DNA of 64,000 nt, from assembly GCA_963789615.1 (NCBI GenBank), contig CAWBLI010000005.1, positions 1,693,427-1,757,426 on the forward strand, given 5' to 3'. The DNA comes from an uncultured Actinomycetota bacterium (GTDB lineage Bacteria; Actinomycetota; Actinomycetes; JAFAQI01). Under the pieces are notes generated by a model, which saw nothing but the letters and a program-made list of their open reading frames with translations, ran no database searches and was not told the DNA's origin. Of the stretch, positions 39,457 through 48,898 are shown piece by piece (the first letter of the stretch is position 1; every line of letters begins with the position of its first letter). The translations under genes were made by a program, and so were the position numbers.

Positions 39457-40977
39457 TCACCGAACCGGTGGGAACCGGGCCATCTCCTCGAGATCGTTGA
39501 GATCCATGTGGTTGCGGATGTAGCGACGGGACGCGTCGTACGTCGGGGTGAAGTCCCACGGAGTCTGTACGCCGGTCCCGAGCGCCTTGCTCACGGCGAA
39601 CCGCCGCTGCTGGCTCTCCCGCACCTCACGATCAAGCGCCGCCAGATCCCATCGGGCGGCAACCTCGCGGCGGAACTCCTCCACCACCGCCAGGGACTGC
39701 GGATCGTCGACCAGGTTGACCTGCTCGTGCGGGTCGGCCACCAGGTCGAAGAGCTGGTCGGGGTCGGCAGGTGAGTGAATGAACTTCAGTCGGCCACGGC
39801 GGATCATCACAATCGGTGCAATCGCCCCCTCGGCGAGGTACTCCGCGACCGTCTCATCATGGTCGGGGACGCCGGACAGGTGCGGCAGCAGGCTACGGCC
39901 GTCGAGCGGCCCCACCACACCCGACTCGTCGCCATCGTGGGCGAGCCCGAACAACGTCGGCAACAGGTCCATGGTCGACACCGCGGTCGACACCCGGCCG
40001 GGCTCGAAGAGCCGAGGGGCGCGTACGACGAGCGGCACTCTCGCTGATCCCTCGTAGAAGCTCATCTTGTACCAAGCACCACGCTCCCCGAGCATCTCGC
40101 CGTGGTCGCTGGTCACGATGACGACGGTGTCGTCGAGCCGACCGGTCTCCCGGAGCAGGCCGATCAGCCGGGAGGTGTGGTCGTCGACGTAGGAGATCGC
40201 GCCGTAGTACGCCCGGCGTGCGGCGCGCACGTGGTCCTCGGTGATCTCGACGCCGTTCATCGCGCACACCTCGCGCAGCCGCCGCTCGTGCGGGTGCAGC
40301 GAGGCCTCGTCGTACCCGACGTCGGGCATCGGGACGTCCTCGTCGCGGTAGAGGTCCCACCACTTGCGCGGAATCGCGAACGGGTCATGCGGGTGGCTGA
40401 ACGAGACGACATAGCAAAACGGCCGCTCGTCGCCGGAGCGGATGTGGCCGAACAGCGAGCGTTCGGCCGCGAACGCGACCTCGTCGTCGAAGTCCAGCTG
40501 GTTGGACCGCACGCACGGTCCGGCGTCGATGACCGAGAGCATGTCGTGGTACCAGCTCGGCCGGTCGTGCGGGCGGTCCCAGTTCGGCGTCCAGCCGTAG
40601 TCCGCCGGGTAGATGTCCGTGGTGAGTCGTTCCTCGAAGCCATGCAGCTGGTCGGTCCCGCAGAAGTGCATCTTTCCGGAGAGCACGGTCCGGTAGCCGG
40701 CCTGTCGCAGGTAGTGCGCGAACGTCGGGATCTCCGAGGTGAACTCCGCCGCGTTGTCGTAGGCGCGGTGGCGGGACGGCAGCAGCCCGGTCATGAACGA
40801 CGCCCGTCCTGGAGAGCAGAGCGGACTGCCGGTGTACGCCGCGTCGAACACCACCCCGGACTCGGCCAGCCACGACATTGCGGGTGTCGCCACGATCGGA
40901 TTTCCGTGGAACGGCAACGCTGACGGCACCATTTGGTCCGCCATGATGATCAGGACGTCGGGCTGACGAGCAGGCAT
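39457..40977 (-). CDS. betC: choline-sulfatase
   Basis: 506 aa with the sulfatase signature SPLCSPGRASFMTG (C-x-P-x-R). Long blocks match my memory of rhizobial BetC (GKMHFCGTDQLHGFEERLTTDIYPADYGWTP; RYIRNHMDLNDLEEMARFP). Confidence 0.85.
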   Translation of the reverse strand: MPARQPDVLIIMADQMVPSALPFHGNPIVATPAMSWLAESGVVFDAAYTGSPLCSPGRASFMTGLLPSRHRAYDNAAEFTSEIPTFAHYLRQAGYRTVLSGKMHFCGTDQLHGFEERLTTDIYPADYGWTPNWDRPHDRPSWYHDMLSVIDAGPCVRSNQLDFDDEVAFAAERSLFGHIRSGDERPFCYVVSFSHPHDPFAIPRKWWDLYRDEDVPMPDVGYDEASLHPHERRLREVCAMNGVEITEDHVRAARRAYYGAISYVDDHTSRLIGLLRETGRLDDTVVIVTSDHGEMLGERGAWYKMSFYEGSARVPLVVRAPRLFEPGRVSTAVSTMDLLPTLFGLAHDGDESGVVGPLDGRSLLPHLSGVPDHDETVAEYLAEGAIAPIVMIRRGRLKFIHSPADPDQLFDLVADPHEQVNLVDDPQSLAVVEEFRREVAARWDLAALDREVRESQQRRFAVSKALGTGVQTPWDFTPTYDASRRYIRNHMDLNDLEEMARFPPVR

Positions 40978-40990
40978 TACCGGATCCTCG

Positions 40991-42856
40991 CTAGGTCCCG
41001 ACCGGGTCGGCCGGCGGCTCGCCGAGAGCCACGTCCGCCTCCGCGGCAGCGGCGGCGACCTCCAACGACGGGGTATCGGAGAGCAGCTGCTGGGTGTACT
41101 CCACTGTCGGGTTCGACAGCACCTGCGCGGTCTCGCCGAGCTCGACGATGCTGCCGTTGCTCATCACTGCGACCCGCTGCGCGATCGACCGGACCAGCGG
41201 CAGGTTGTGCGTGACGAACAGCATCGCGAGCCCAAGGTCGCGCTGCAAGTTGCCGAGCAGCTCGACGATCGCGGCCTGCACGCTGACGTCGAGCGCCGAC
41301 GTGACCTCGTCGCAGATCAGCACCGTGGGCTCGCACACCAGTGCCCGCGCGATCGCGACCCGCTGCCGCTCCCCACCGGAGAGCTGGTCGGGATAACGGT
41401 TCGCGTACGCCCCGGTCAGCGACACCCGCTCGAGCATCTCGCCCACCCGCAGGTCGGCGTCGCGGCCGCTCGCCGTTCCGAAGACCTTCAACGGCTGGGC
41501 GATCGTCTCCCCGACCGTACGGCGGGGGTTCAGCGAGCCATACGGGTTCTGGAAGATGTACTGGATCTGCCGGCGGGCGTCGTTGCTGCGGCTGCGGGCC
41601 GACGGCTGCAGCTCCTCGTTCCCCAGCTTGATCGTGCCGGTCCATCCCCGGTGCAGACCGGCGACCGACCGCGCCGTCGTCGTCTTGCCCGACCCGGACT
41701 CGCCGACCAGGGCCACGCACTCTCTCGCCGCCAGGTCCAGCGTCACCGAGTGGACGACCTCGAGCTTTCCGTACGACGCCGTGACGTTCTGCAGCCGCAG
41801 CGCCGGCATCGCGCCTTCGGCGTCGGACGGCATCTCGATCGGGTCGCCGGCGACGCCGCGCTGCTGGGTGATGACGAGCTCCGCCCGGATGCAGCGGGCC
41901 GAGTGGTCCGGGGCGATCGGGCGCAGCTCGGGCAGCGCCGCGTCGCACTCCTCGATCCGCAGGCTGCAGCGCGGCGAGAAGGCGCATCCGTTCGGTCGCT
42001 GGCCGGGAGACGGTGCGTGCCCTGGGATGCCGAGCAACATGCGGCCGCCGGTGAGCCGCGGGATCGCGCCGATCAGCCGGCGGGTGTACGGGTGACCCGA
42101 GGACTCGAACAGGTCGTCGGCATCGCCGAGCTCGACGATGCGACCGGCGTACATGACGGCGACTCGCCGGGCCAGGGTCGCGACGACGGCGAGGTCGTGG
42201 CTGACGTAGAGCGCGGCGACATCGTGCAGGGTGGCGAGCTCCCGCACCGTCGACAGCACGTGCGCCTGGGTCGTGACGTCCAGGCCCGTGGTCGGCTCAT
42301 CCAGCACGATCAGCCGCGGTCGGTTCGCGAACGCCATCGCGAGCCCGACGCGTTGCTGCTGCCCACCGGAGAGCTCATGCGGATAACGCTTGAGGAACTT
42401 CGGGTCGTCGGGCAGCGCGACCTCGCGCATCATCTCCGCGATCCGAGCCGCGTGGTCCTCACCGCCGGTGGCATGCGCCTGCAGCGCCTCGCGCAGCTGG
42501 GTACCGATCCGCAGTGCAGGGTTCAGCGACGACGCCGGGTCCTGCGGCACGTAGGAGACGACGGCCCCGCGCAGCTTGCGGCGTCGCTCGTCGTCGAGCG
42601 CGAGCACGTCCTGGTCGCCGAGCAGCACGCTGCCGCTGCTGATCCGCAGCCCGCGCCGGGCGTGGCCCAGCAGCGCAAGGCCGATGGTCGTCTTCCCGGA
42701 GCCGGACTCACCGACGACGCCCATGATCTCGCCGCGCGCGATGTCGAACGACACGTCCGTGACGACGGGCGTACCGGTCGTGTCGATCTGGATGTTGAGG
42801 TCCTGGACCGAAACGGCGAGCTCCGTCGTCGGAGCGGCCGGCGCCGGAGCGGTCAC
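40991..42856 (-). CDS. ABC transporter ATP-binding protein, duplicated ATPase (DppD/DppF-type fusion)
   Basis: 621 aa with two Walker A motifs (GESGSGKTT twice), two ABC signatures (LSGGQQQR, LSGGERQR) and oligopeptide-type C-terminal extensions. Confidence 0.9.
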   Translation of the reverse strand: MTAPAPAAPTTELAVSVQDLNIQIDTTGTPVVTDVSFDIARGEIMGVVGESGSGKTTIGLALLGHARRGLRISSGSVLLGDQDVLALDDERRRKLRGAVVSYVPQDPASSLNPALRIGTQLREALQAHATGGEDHAARIAEMMREVALPDDPKFLKRYPHELSGGQQQRVGLAMAFANRPRLIVLDEPTTGLDVTTQAHVLSTVRELATLHDVAALYVSHDLAVVATLARRVAVMYAGRIVELGDADDLFESSGHPYTRRLIGAIPRLTGGRMLLGIPGHAPSPGQRPNGCAFSPRCSLRIEECDAALPELRPIAPDHSARCIRAELVITQQRGVAGDPIEMPSDAEGAMPALRLQNVTASYGKLEVVHSVTLDLAARECVALVGESGSGKTTTARSVAGLHRGWTGTIKLGNEELQPSARSRSNDARRQIQYIFQNPYGSLNPRRTVGETIAQPLKVFGTASGRDADLRVGEMLERVSLTGAYANRYPDQLSGGERQRVAIARALVCEPTVLICDEVTSALDVSVQAAIVELLGNLQRDLGLAMLFVTHNLPLVRSIAQRVAVMSNGSIVELGETAQVLSNPTVEYTQQLLSDTPSLEVAAAAAEADVALGEPPADPVGT

Positions 42857-43758
42857 TCCTCACCTCGCGCCCGGTCGATGCCGGCGGCGGTCCGCGCGAT
42901 GCCGTCACCCATCAGGCCGGTGCCCAGCGTCAGTGCCGCGAGGGCGATGACCGGCGCGAGCACGCCCCACGGTTGCACGGCCAGCGCGACCTGGTTCTCC
43001 TGGATCATCGTGCCCCAGTTCGCGCCGTTCGGGTTCGGCGCGAGGCCAAGGAAGGCCAGCGCGGCGATGACGCCGATGGAGTAGGTCAGCCGCAGGCTCG
43101 ACTCGACCATGATCGGTCCGAGGATGTTCGGGAGCAGCTCACCGGTCAGGATCCGCCAGCGCGGCACGCCCATCGCCTCGGTGCATGCGACGAAGTCGCG
43201 TTCGACGACGGGCTGGGCCGTCCCGCGGGTAACGCGCGCCACACGCGGCATCGTGGTCAGCGCGATTGCGACGACGATCACCCAGGCGTGCGCACCGATC
43301 ACGGTGACCGCCACCAGCGCCAGCATGATCTGCGGGAACGCCATGATGACATCCATCGCGCGCATCAGGACGTCGTCGAGAGCGTTCCGGGAGTACGCCG
43401 CAATGAGGCCGATCAGGACACCGAGCACGATGCCGATGCCCGTCGCGATGATCGCCATGACCAAGATGCTGCGACCGCCGTAGAGGAACCGGCTCAGCAC
43501 ATCCTGCCCGAGATAGTCGGTGCCGAGCCGAGCAACACTGCTGGGACTGGAGTTGGGCGCGCCGATGAACGCGCTCGCGCCGTGCGGCGCCAGGTAGGGA
43601 CCGACCAGTGCTACCAGCACGAGAAGCAGGATCAGGCCGAGGCCGATGCGGGTCCGCCACAGCCGCAGCGAGCGGCGGAGCAGTGACGACGGCTTGACCG
43701 GCGGGCTGGCCAGCTCCATCCCGGCGGTGGCGACCGCGCCGCCGGTGCCCGGGTTCAC
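42853..43758 (-). CDS. ABC transporter permease (DppC/OppC-type)
   Basis: 301 aa, 6 TM helices, EAA-loop region (CTEAMGVPRWRILTGELLPN). It overlaps both neighbours by 4 nt. Confidence 0.9.
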   Translation of the reverse strand: MNPGTGGAVATAGMELASPPVKPSSLLRRSLRLWRTRIGLGLILLLVLVALVGPYLAPHGASAFIGAPNSSPSSVARLGTDYLGQDVLSRFLYGGRSILVMAIIATGIGIVLGVLIGLIAAYSRNALDDVLMRAMDVIMAFPQIMLALVAVTVIGAHAWVIVVAIALTTMPRVARVTRGTAQPVVERDFVACTEAMGVPRWRILTGELLPNILGPIMVESSLRLTYSIGVIAALAFLGLAPNPNGANWGTMIQENQVALAVQPWGVLAPVIALAALTLGTGLMGDGIARTAAGIDRARGEE

Positions 43759-44726
43759 AGCCGGGTCCTCAGTCGTGGCGTTACCAGGATGGTGGCAATG
43801 TCCGCGAGCAGGTTGAGCACGACGTACACCGTGGCGATCAGCATCGCGAGAGCCTGGACCAGCGGGATGTCATGGTTGACGACCGCGTCCTGCAGGGCAC
43901 TGCCGATCCCGGCGTAGTTGAAGACGTACTCGATGACGACGATGCCGCCGGCGAGGTAGGCGAGGCTGATGGCGATCACCTGGAAGACCGGGCCGAGCGC
44001 GTTCGGCAGCGCGTGCCGGATCAGCACGACGCGCTCCGGCAAGCCCTTGAGCCGAGCCATCTCGACGTAATCGCTCTCCAGCACCTCGATCATGGACGCG
44101 CGCATGATCCGGGCGACGTACGGCGCCACCACGATCACCAAGGTGAGGGTCGGCAGGATCAGTGCTTCCTTGTGGTCCCAGGGACGAGAGCCCGGTGGGA
44201 TCTGGCTGATCGCCGGCAGCCAGTGGAAGACCGTCGTGGAGACCAGGATGACCAGCAGAAGCGCCACCACGAACTCCGGTAACGCGGCCAGTGCCAACAG
44301 CAGCAACGAGCTCGAGGTGTCGAAGATCTTCTCGCGGCGCAGCGCCGCCCACGAGCCGATCGCCACCGACAGCGGGATCGAGATGACGGCCGCGAGGAAG
44401 ATCAGCACCCCGGAGTTCACCAGCCGGGGACCCAGCACCTTCGTCACCGGCTGCTGGGCGGCGAGCGAGATCCCGAGATTGCCGTGGAACAGCCCGCTCA
44501 GCCAGGTCCAGTACTGGTGGACGATTGATTGGCCGAGATGCAGCTGCCGGCTCAGCGCGGCCAGGCTGGCCGGGGTCGCGTTACGGCCGAGAATCGCGCG
44601 AGCCGGGTTGCCCAGCGCCTGGGTCGCACCGAAGACGAGGACCGAGACCAAGAACAGCACCAGGATGGCCAGCAGGGTGCGGCGGACGATGAACGCCGCG
44701 ATCCCGCCGGATCTGAGCCAGGTCAC
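43755..44726 (-). CDS. ABC transporter permease (DppB/OppB-type)
   Basis: 323 aa with YVEMARLKGLPERVVLIRHALPNAL, typical of DppB. Confidence 0.9.
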   Translation of the reverse strand: MTWLRSGGIAAFIVRRTLLAILVLFLVSVLVFGATQALGNPARAILGRNATPASLAALSRQLHLGQSIVHQYWTWLSGLFHGNLGISLAAQQPVTKVLGPRLVNSGVLIFLAAVISIPLSVAIGSWAALRREKIFDTSSSLLLLALAALPEFVVALLLVILVSTTVFHWLPAISQIPPGSRPWDHKEALILPTLTLVIVVAPYVARIMRASMIEVLESDYVEMARLKGLPERVVLIRHALPNALGPVFQVIAISLAYLAGGIVVIEYVFNYAGIGSALQDAVVNHDIPLVQALAMLIATVYVVLNLLADIATILVTPRLRTRL

Positions 44727-44745
44727 GGTCGTGGCCTCGCCCGCG

Positions 44746-46338
44746 TCAGGCGAACCAGATGCTGCGGAACCCGTGCCCGAAGCTGTCGAGGTTCAGCGTG
44801 CCCTTGCTGGGCACCAGACCGTGCACCTTCGATGAGTAGCCGTCGATGAGGTCGCCGAAGAACGGGATGATGTAGCCGCCGATGTCGTACTCGAGCTTCT
44901 GCATCTCCTGCTCGATCTCGATCCGCTTCGAGCTGTCGGTAGCGGCGAGCGCCTGCTGGTAGAGCGACCCGAAGTTCGAGCCGGTGCCGGACTTCGGCGG
45001 CCAGTGGGTCTCGTTGTACGGCGAGGTGGGCAACGAGCCCTGCTGCACCTGGCTGAGGTAGTTGCGGGTCCCCCAGAAGTCGATCGAGAACGCGAGCTTG
45101 AGGTACTGGCTGCCGTAGTAGTTGGGGTCGTTGTGGACGTTGATCGTGACCCCGGCCGCCTTCGCCTGCGACGCGAACACGTCCGCGGTCTCCACCATGC
45201 CCGCCGCACCGTTGGTGGTGTGCAGGTCGACCGTCAGCCCGGCGTGGCCGGCCTGCTTGAGCAGCGACTTGGCCTGGTCGATGTCCTGGGTCCGCTGGGG
45301 CAGCGAGTGGTCGTAGCCCGCGTCGAAGGGCGCATAAAGGTCGTTGCCGACGAAACCGTAGCCAGAGGCGACCTGCTCGATCATCTGCGGCCGGTCGACG
45401 ATCAAGCGCATGGCCTGCCGAACCCGGACATCGTCGAACGGCGGCATGTCGATGGCCATACAGAGCGGCAGCCAGCCGCCGGTCTTGGAGATCAGTGCCT
45501 TCTGGCCGTGGCTCTGCGCGATCTTGACCTGCGCCGCGGGAAGATCCGTGATCGCGTCGACCGAGCCGCCGAACAGCGCGTTCGCCTGGGCGGTCGAGGA
45601 GCTGAAGTCGATGATCGTCACCTGGTCGAACCAGGGCTGCCCGCCGCCCCGCCAGTAGTTCGGGTTGCGCGTGTGGACGCTCTGCTGGCCCGGCGTGAAG
45701 CTCTTCAGCTTGTAGGCCCCGGTCCCGATCTGTGCGTGCGGATAGGCCTGGTAGCCGGTCGGCACGATGCCGAAGGTGTAGCCCGCAAGCGTGTCGGGGA
45801 TCGTGGAGTCCGGGGATTTCAGTGGCAGCCGGACCGTGTACTTGTCCATCTTCTTGATGTTCGCGATGTCCATCGTGGCCGTCGAGGCGAACCCGGTGAG
45901 GCCGTTGCGCTTCGTCCCGATCCGCTGGAAGGAGTAGATGACGTCGTCCGCCGTCATCGTCTTGCCGTTCTGGAACTCGACACCCTGCCGCAGCTCGATC
46001 GTGTACTGCTTCGGGTTGTCCTGGGTCACGTGCGTGGCGAGCCCGGTCTCCTGCAGCTGGTAGTTCTCGTCGTACTCCAGCAGGGTCTCAAAGGCGGTCA
46101 CCAGCCGCGCCTGGTCGGGCTTGGTGATGATGTCCTGCCCGTCCATGATGTCCTTGGACCCGCCGCCGGTGACCCCGAGGCGGAAGTTGCCGCCGGCCTT
46201 AGGGGTGCCGGCCGCCGCCGAGGTGCTGGTGCTCGGCGACGAACCGGAGCTCGAGCTCCCGCACGCGGCCGCCAGGCCCCCGAGGACCGCCACGCCCGCG
46301 GCGCCGGTGAAGAACTGACGCCTGCTGACATCCGTCAT
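44746..46338 (-). CDS. ABC transporter substrate-binding lipoprotein, family 5 (peptide/nickel-type), Tat signal
   Basis: 530 aa from MTDVSRRQFFTGAAGVAVLGGLAAC (twin-arginine motif plus lipobox). A family-5 SBP fold is evident throughout. The upstream 569 aa of track ORF 44746..48045 are antisense to the serine hydrolase and MFS genes and are rejected. Confidence 0.9.
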   Translation of the reverse strand: MTDVSRRQFFTGAAGVAVLGGLAAACGSSSSGSSPSTSTSAAAGTPKAGGNFRLGVTGGGSKDIMDGQDIITKPDQARLVTAFETLLEYDENYQLQETGLATHVTQDNPKQYTIELRQGVEFQNGKTMTADDVIYSFQRIGTKRNGLTGFASTATMDIANIKKMDKYTVRLPLKSPDSTIPDTLAGYTFGIVPTGYQAYPHAQIGTGAYKLKSFTPGQQSVHTRNPNYWRGGGQPWFDQVTIIDFSSSTAQANALFGGSVDAITDLPAAQVKIAQSHGQKALISKTGGWLPLCMAIDMPPFDDVRVRQAMRLIVDRPQMIEQVASGYGFVGNDLYAPFDAGYDHSLPQRTQDIDQAKSLLKQAGHAGLTVDLHTTNGAAGMVETADVFASQAKAAGVTINVHNDPNYYGSQYLKLAFSIDFWGTRNYLSQVQQGSLPTSPYNETHWPPKSGTGSNFGSLYQQALAATDSSKRIEIEQEMQKLEYDIGGYIIPFFGDLIDGYSSKVHGLVPSKGTLNLDSFGHGFRSIWFA

Positions 46339-46587
46339 GTGAAGACCCTTCTGTTCGCCCGGCGCGCACCACTCGCAGCATCCACCATCCGAGCCGCCAG
46401 GGCCGGGAAGTTCGCGCGATTCCTCACGCGGACTTCCCCTTCTCGGCGAGCGAGTGGCGTTGCAGTCCGCGAACCTAGTCGCGGGATACGCAACATTGAC
46501 CCGTAGGCCGAGGACTGTCAACCTCTTCCGCGAAGGTGCTTCCGGGTTGTTACCTGAAGGCATGGGACGAGTACGGACGGACAGGGC

Positions 46588-47709
46588 ATGACCGGCGCTG
46601 ACGACCTCCGAGAACCGCAACGCCGAGGTGCCCACGTCGAGGTGGCGGCGACCGCCCCACGCCCGTGGCCGACCCGGCTGATCGACCTGCAGACGACCGT
46701 CGCGGGTGCAGGACGCGTCATGACCCTCGACGAGATGCTCGACATCACAGTCGCGACGGCACTGATCGTCATCGTCGACGGCGTCCTGGTGCACGAGCGC
46801 TACTTCCAGGGCACGGCACCGGACGACCGGCTGCTCGGCATGTCCGCCACCAAGTCCGCGCTCGCCCTGCTCGTCGGCCTGGCCGTCGAGGCCGGACGGC
46901 TCCCTGAACTCGACGCCCACGTCACCGATCTGGTGCCCGAGCTCAGTAACAGCGGGTACGCCGATGTCACGCTGCGTCACCTGCTCACGATGACCAGCGG
47001 CGTGGGGTGGGCCGAGGACTACTTCGATCCGGACAGTCGGGCCTCCGCGATGTTGCGGCGCTGGCGCGCCGGTGAGGGCGGGTTGCGCGAGGTGCTGCTC
47101 GACATGCCGCCCGGCGATACGCCCGGGAGCCGCTACGCCTACTGCACCCCCGACTCGCTCGCGCTGGACTGGGCGAGGGAACGAGCGACCGGCGAGTCGT
47201 TCCCCGAGGCGATGGCCGGCCTGTGGACGGTGCTCGAGGCGGAGCGGCCCGCGGTGATCGGGCTGGACGCGCCCGCCGACCGCGGCGGCATCCCGATGGC
47301 CGGCGGTTCGCTCGCTGCCACGGCACGCGACTGGGCCCGGATCGGCCAGCTCCAGATCGACGGCCGCTGGGGCGGACGCCAGCTGGTCAGCAGCTCCTGG
47401 GTCGAGGACAGCAGCCGCCCGTCTCAGCGCTTCCTCGAGCCGGGTCGGCTGCCGAGCACACTCACAACCCACGCCGGCTTCGGCTACCACTGGTGGCCGC
47501 TCGACGCCGAGGGCCGGACCGTGACCGCCGACGGCATGCGCGGCCAGTTCGTCTACGTCGACCGGCCGCGGCGCACCGTCGTGGTCAAGACCTCCGCCTG
47601 GCCGTACGCCGATTCGTGGTGGGACCGGCAGTGCCGCGACCTGTCCTACCTGGCGCTGCCAGTCATCGCCGATGCCGCCGTCGCCGCAGTCGCCGCGTCG
47701 CGCGGCTGA
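46588..47709 (+). CDS. serine hydrolase (beta-lactamase/class C-like family)
   Basis: S-x-x-K motif (GMSATKS), a YAYCTPD Tyr motif and GFGYHWW. The start is uncertain; ATG 46720 (MTLDEML) is an alternative. Confidence 0.75.
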   Translation: MTGADDLREPQRRGAHVEVAATAPRPWPTRLIDLQTTVAGAGRVMTLDEMLDITVATALIVIVDGVLVHERYFQGTAPDDRLLGMSATKSALALLVGLAVEAGRLPELDAHVTDLVPELSNSGYADVTLRHLLTMTSGVGWAEDYFDPDSRASAMLRRWRAGEGGLREVLLDMPPGDTPGSRYAYCTPDSLALDWARERATGESFPEAMAGLWTVLEAERPAVIGLDAPADRGGIPMAGGSLAATARDWARIGQLQIDGRWGGRQLVSSSWVEDSSRPSQRFLEPGRLPSTLTTHAGFGYHWWPLDAEGRTVTADGMRGQFVYVDRPRRTVVVKTSAWPYADSWWDRQCRDLSYLALPVIADAAVAAVAASRG

Positions 47710-48878
47710 CCGCTTCGCCTGCGCCGGAGCCCGGCCGCCAGCACGATCCCCAGAACGGCGGGCAAGATCGCCGCGACCACGAGCGTCGGCTGGACTCCCA
47801 GCCGCTGCTCGAGCCAGCCCGCCGCCAGCGGGCCGACGGTCATGCTCACGGCCCACAGCAGGTTGAGCAGCCCCATCACCATGCCCGCTCCGGCGCCCGT
47901 CCCAGCCTGGGAGCGCGCGGCAAGCGGGTAAGAGATCGTGTTCAGCTCGGCCCGGCACAGCGCGAGACCGAGCAGGCAACCGACCAGCGCGGCGGTGCTG
48001 GTGCCGATCGCGGCCGGAAGGACAGCGACGGACAGCAGCAGGCACCCCACGACCACACCGGCGCCGGAGACGATCCGGCCGCCGGCTCGGGCGATGACCG
48101 CGCTCACGACGACGTACACCACCCCGGCGACGGAGAGCACACCGCCGAGCGCGGCGGCCGACTCACCGGACCGGTGCAGCGCCAACGGCACCAGCAGCTG
48201 CACCGCTCCCCAGACCGCACCGACGGCGACCATCGCGACCGCCGCACAGACCAGGTCGCGACTGCGTGAGGCGTGCCGGACCTGCCGCCACCAGCTGACA
48301 CCGGCCGGTCGGGGTGATGGCACCTGCTGCGCGGTCAGGCAGACGACAGCCGTGAAGCCGGCCGTCGCCGCGGCGAGCACCAGGAACGGCGCCGCGAGGC
48401 CGAACCGGTCGGCGAGCAGCCCAGCCAGGGCCGGCGCAGCGATCGACCCGGCCGCCGAGCTGGTCACCACCGCACCGATCCGGCCGTCGGAGGCCTGCCG
48501 ACCCGGCTCGCTGAGCCACGCCGGTCCGCTGGTCCAGATCGCGGTGAACCCGAGACCGAACAGCGCCCGACCGGCGAGCAGCAACGGCAACGACGGGCAG
48601 GCCTGCAGCAGGTCGGAGGCGACGAGGAGGATCGCGGCGGCAACCGTGACGCGCCGGGCGCCCCACCGGTCACAGATCGCCCCCATCGGCAGCGCCATGA
48701 CGAGCATCGCCAGGCTCGGCAACGCCAGCAGCAGCGCGATCGCCGGCGTGGTGAGGCCGAACCGCTGCCCCAACGTCGGAAGCAGTGGCACCACCGCGTT
48801 CTGGGTCATCGACGTGACGAGGATCAGGCCGTGGACTCCGGTCGGGACCAGGTCACGCCGACGTCGCGCCGCCGTCAT
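47646..48878 (-). CDS. MFS transporter
   Basis: 410 aa, 12 TM helices, motif-A-like GAICDRWGARRV. Its 3' end overlaps the convergent hydrolase gene by 64 nt. An alternative start lies at 48809. Confidence 0.85.
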   Translation of the reverse strand: MTAARRRRDLVPTGVHGLILVTSMTQNAVVPLLPTLGQRFGLTTPAIALLLALPSLAMLVMALPMGAICDRWGARRVTVAAAILLVASDLLQACPSLPLLLAGRALFGLGFTAIWTSGPAWLSEPGRQASDGRIGAVVTSSAAGSIAAPALAGLLADRFGLAAPFLVLAAATAGFTAVVCLTAQQVPSPRPAGVSWWRQVRHASRSRDLVCAAVAMVAVGAVWGAVQLLVPLALHRSGESAAALGGVLSVAGVVYVVVSAVIARAGGRIVSGAGVVVGCLLLSVAVLPAAIGTSTAALVGCLLGLALCRAELNTISYPLAARSQAGTGAGAGMVMGLLNLLWAVSMTVGPLAAGWLEQRLGVQPTLVVAAILPAVLGIVLAAGLRRRRSGQPRDAATAATAASAMTGSAR

Positions 48879-48898
48879 AGCCTGACCCGATCCTCACG

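Noticed and set aside
47646-47709. 64-nt convergent overlap of the serine hydrolase and MFS genes as a possible antisense regulatory arrangement
   Set aside because: The overlap involves only low-conservation C-terminal tails. Either stop could be displaced by the same indel-type errors seen elsewhere. It is not strong enough to call.
44746-48045. 1099-aa minus-strand ORF
   Set aside because: The real SBP gene starts at the Tat signal MTDVSRRQFF (46338). The upstream 569 aa are antisense to the serine hydrolase gene and out of frame with the MFS gene, and they are low complexity.
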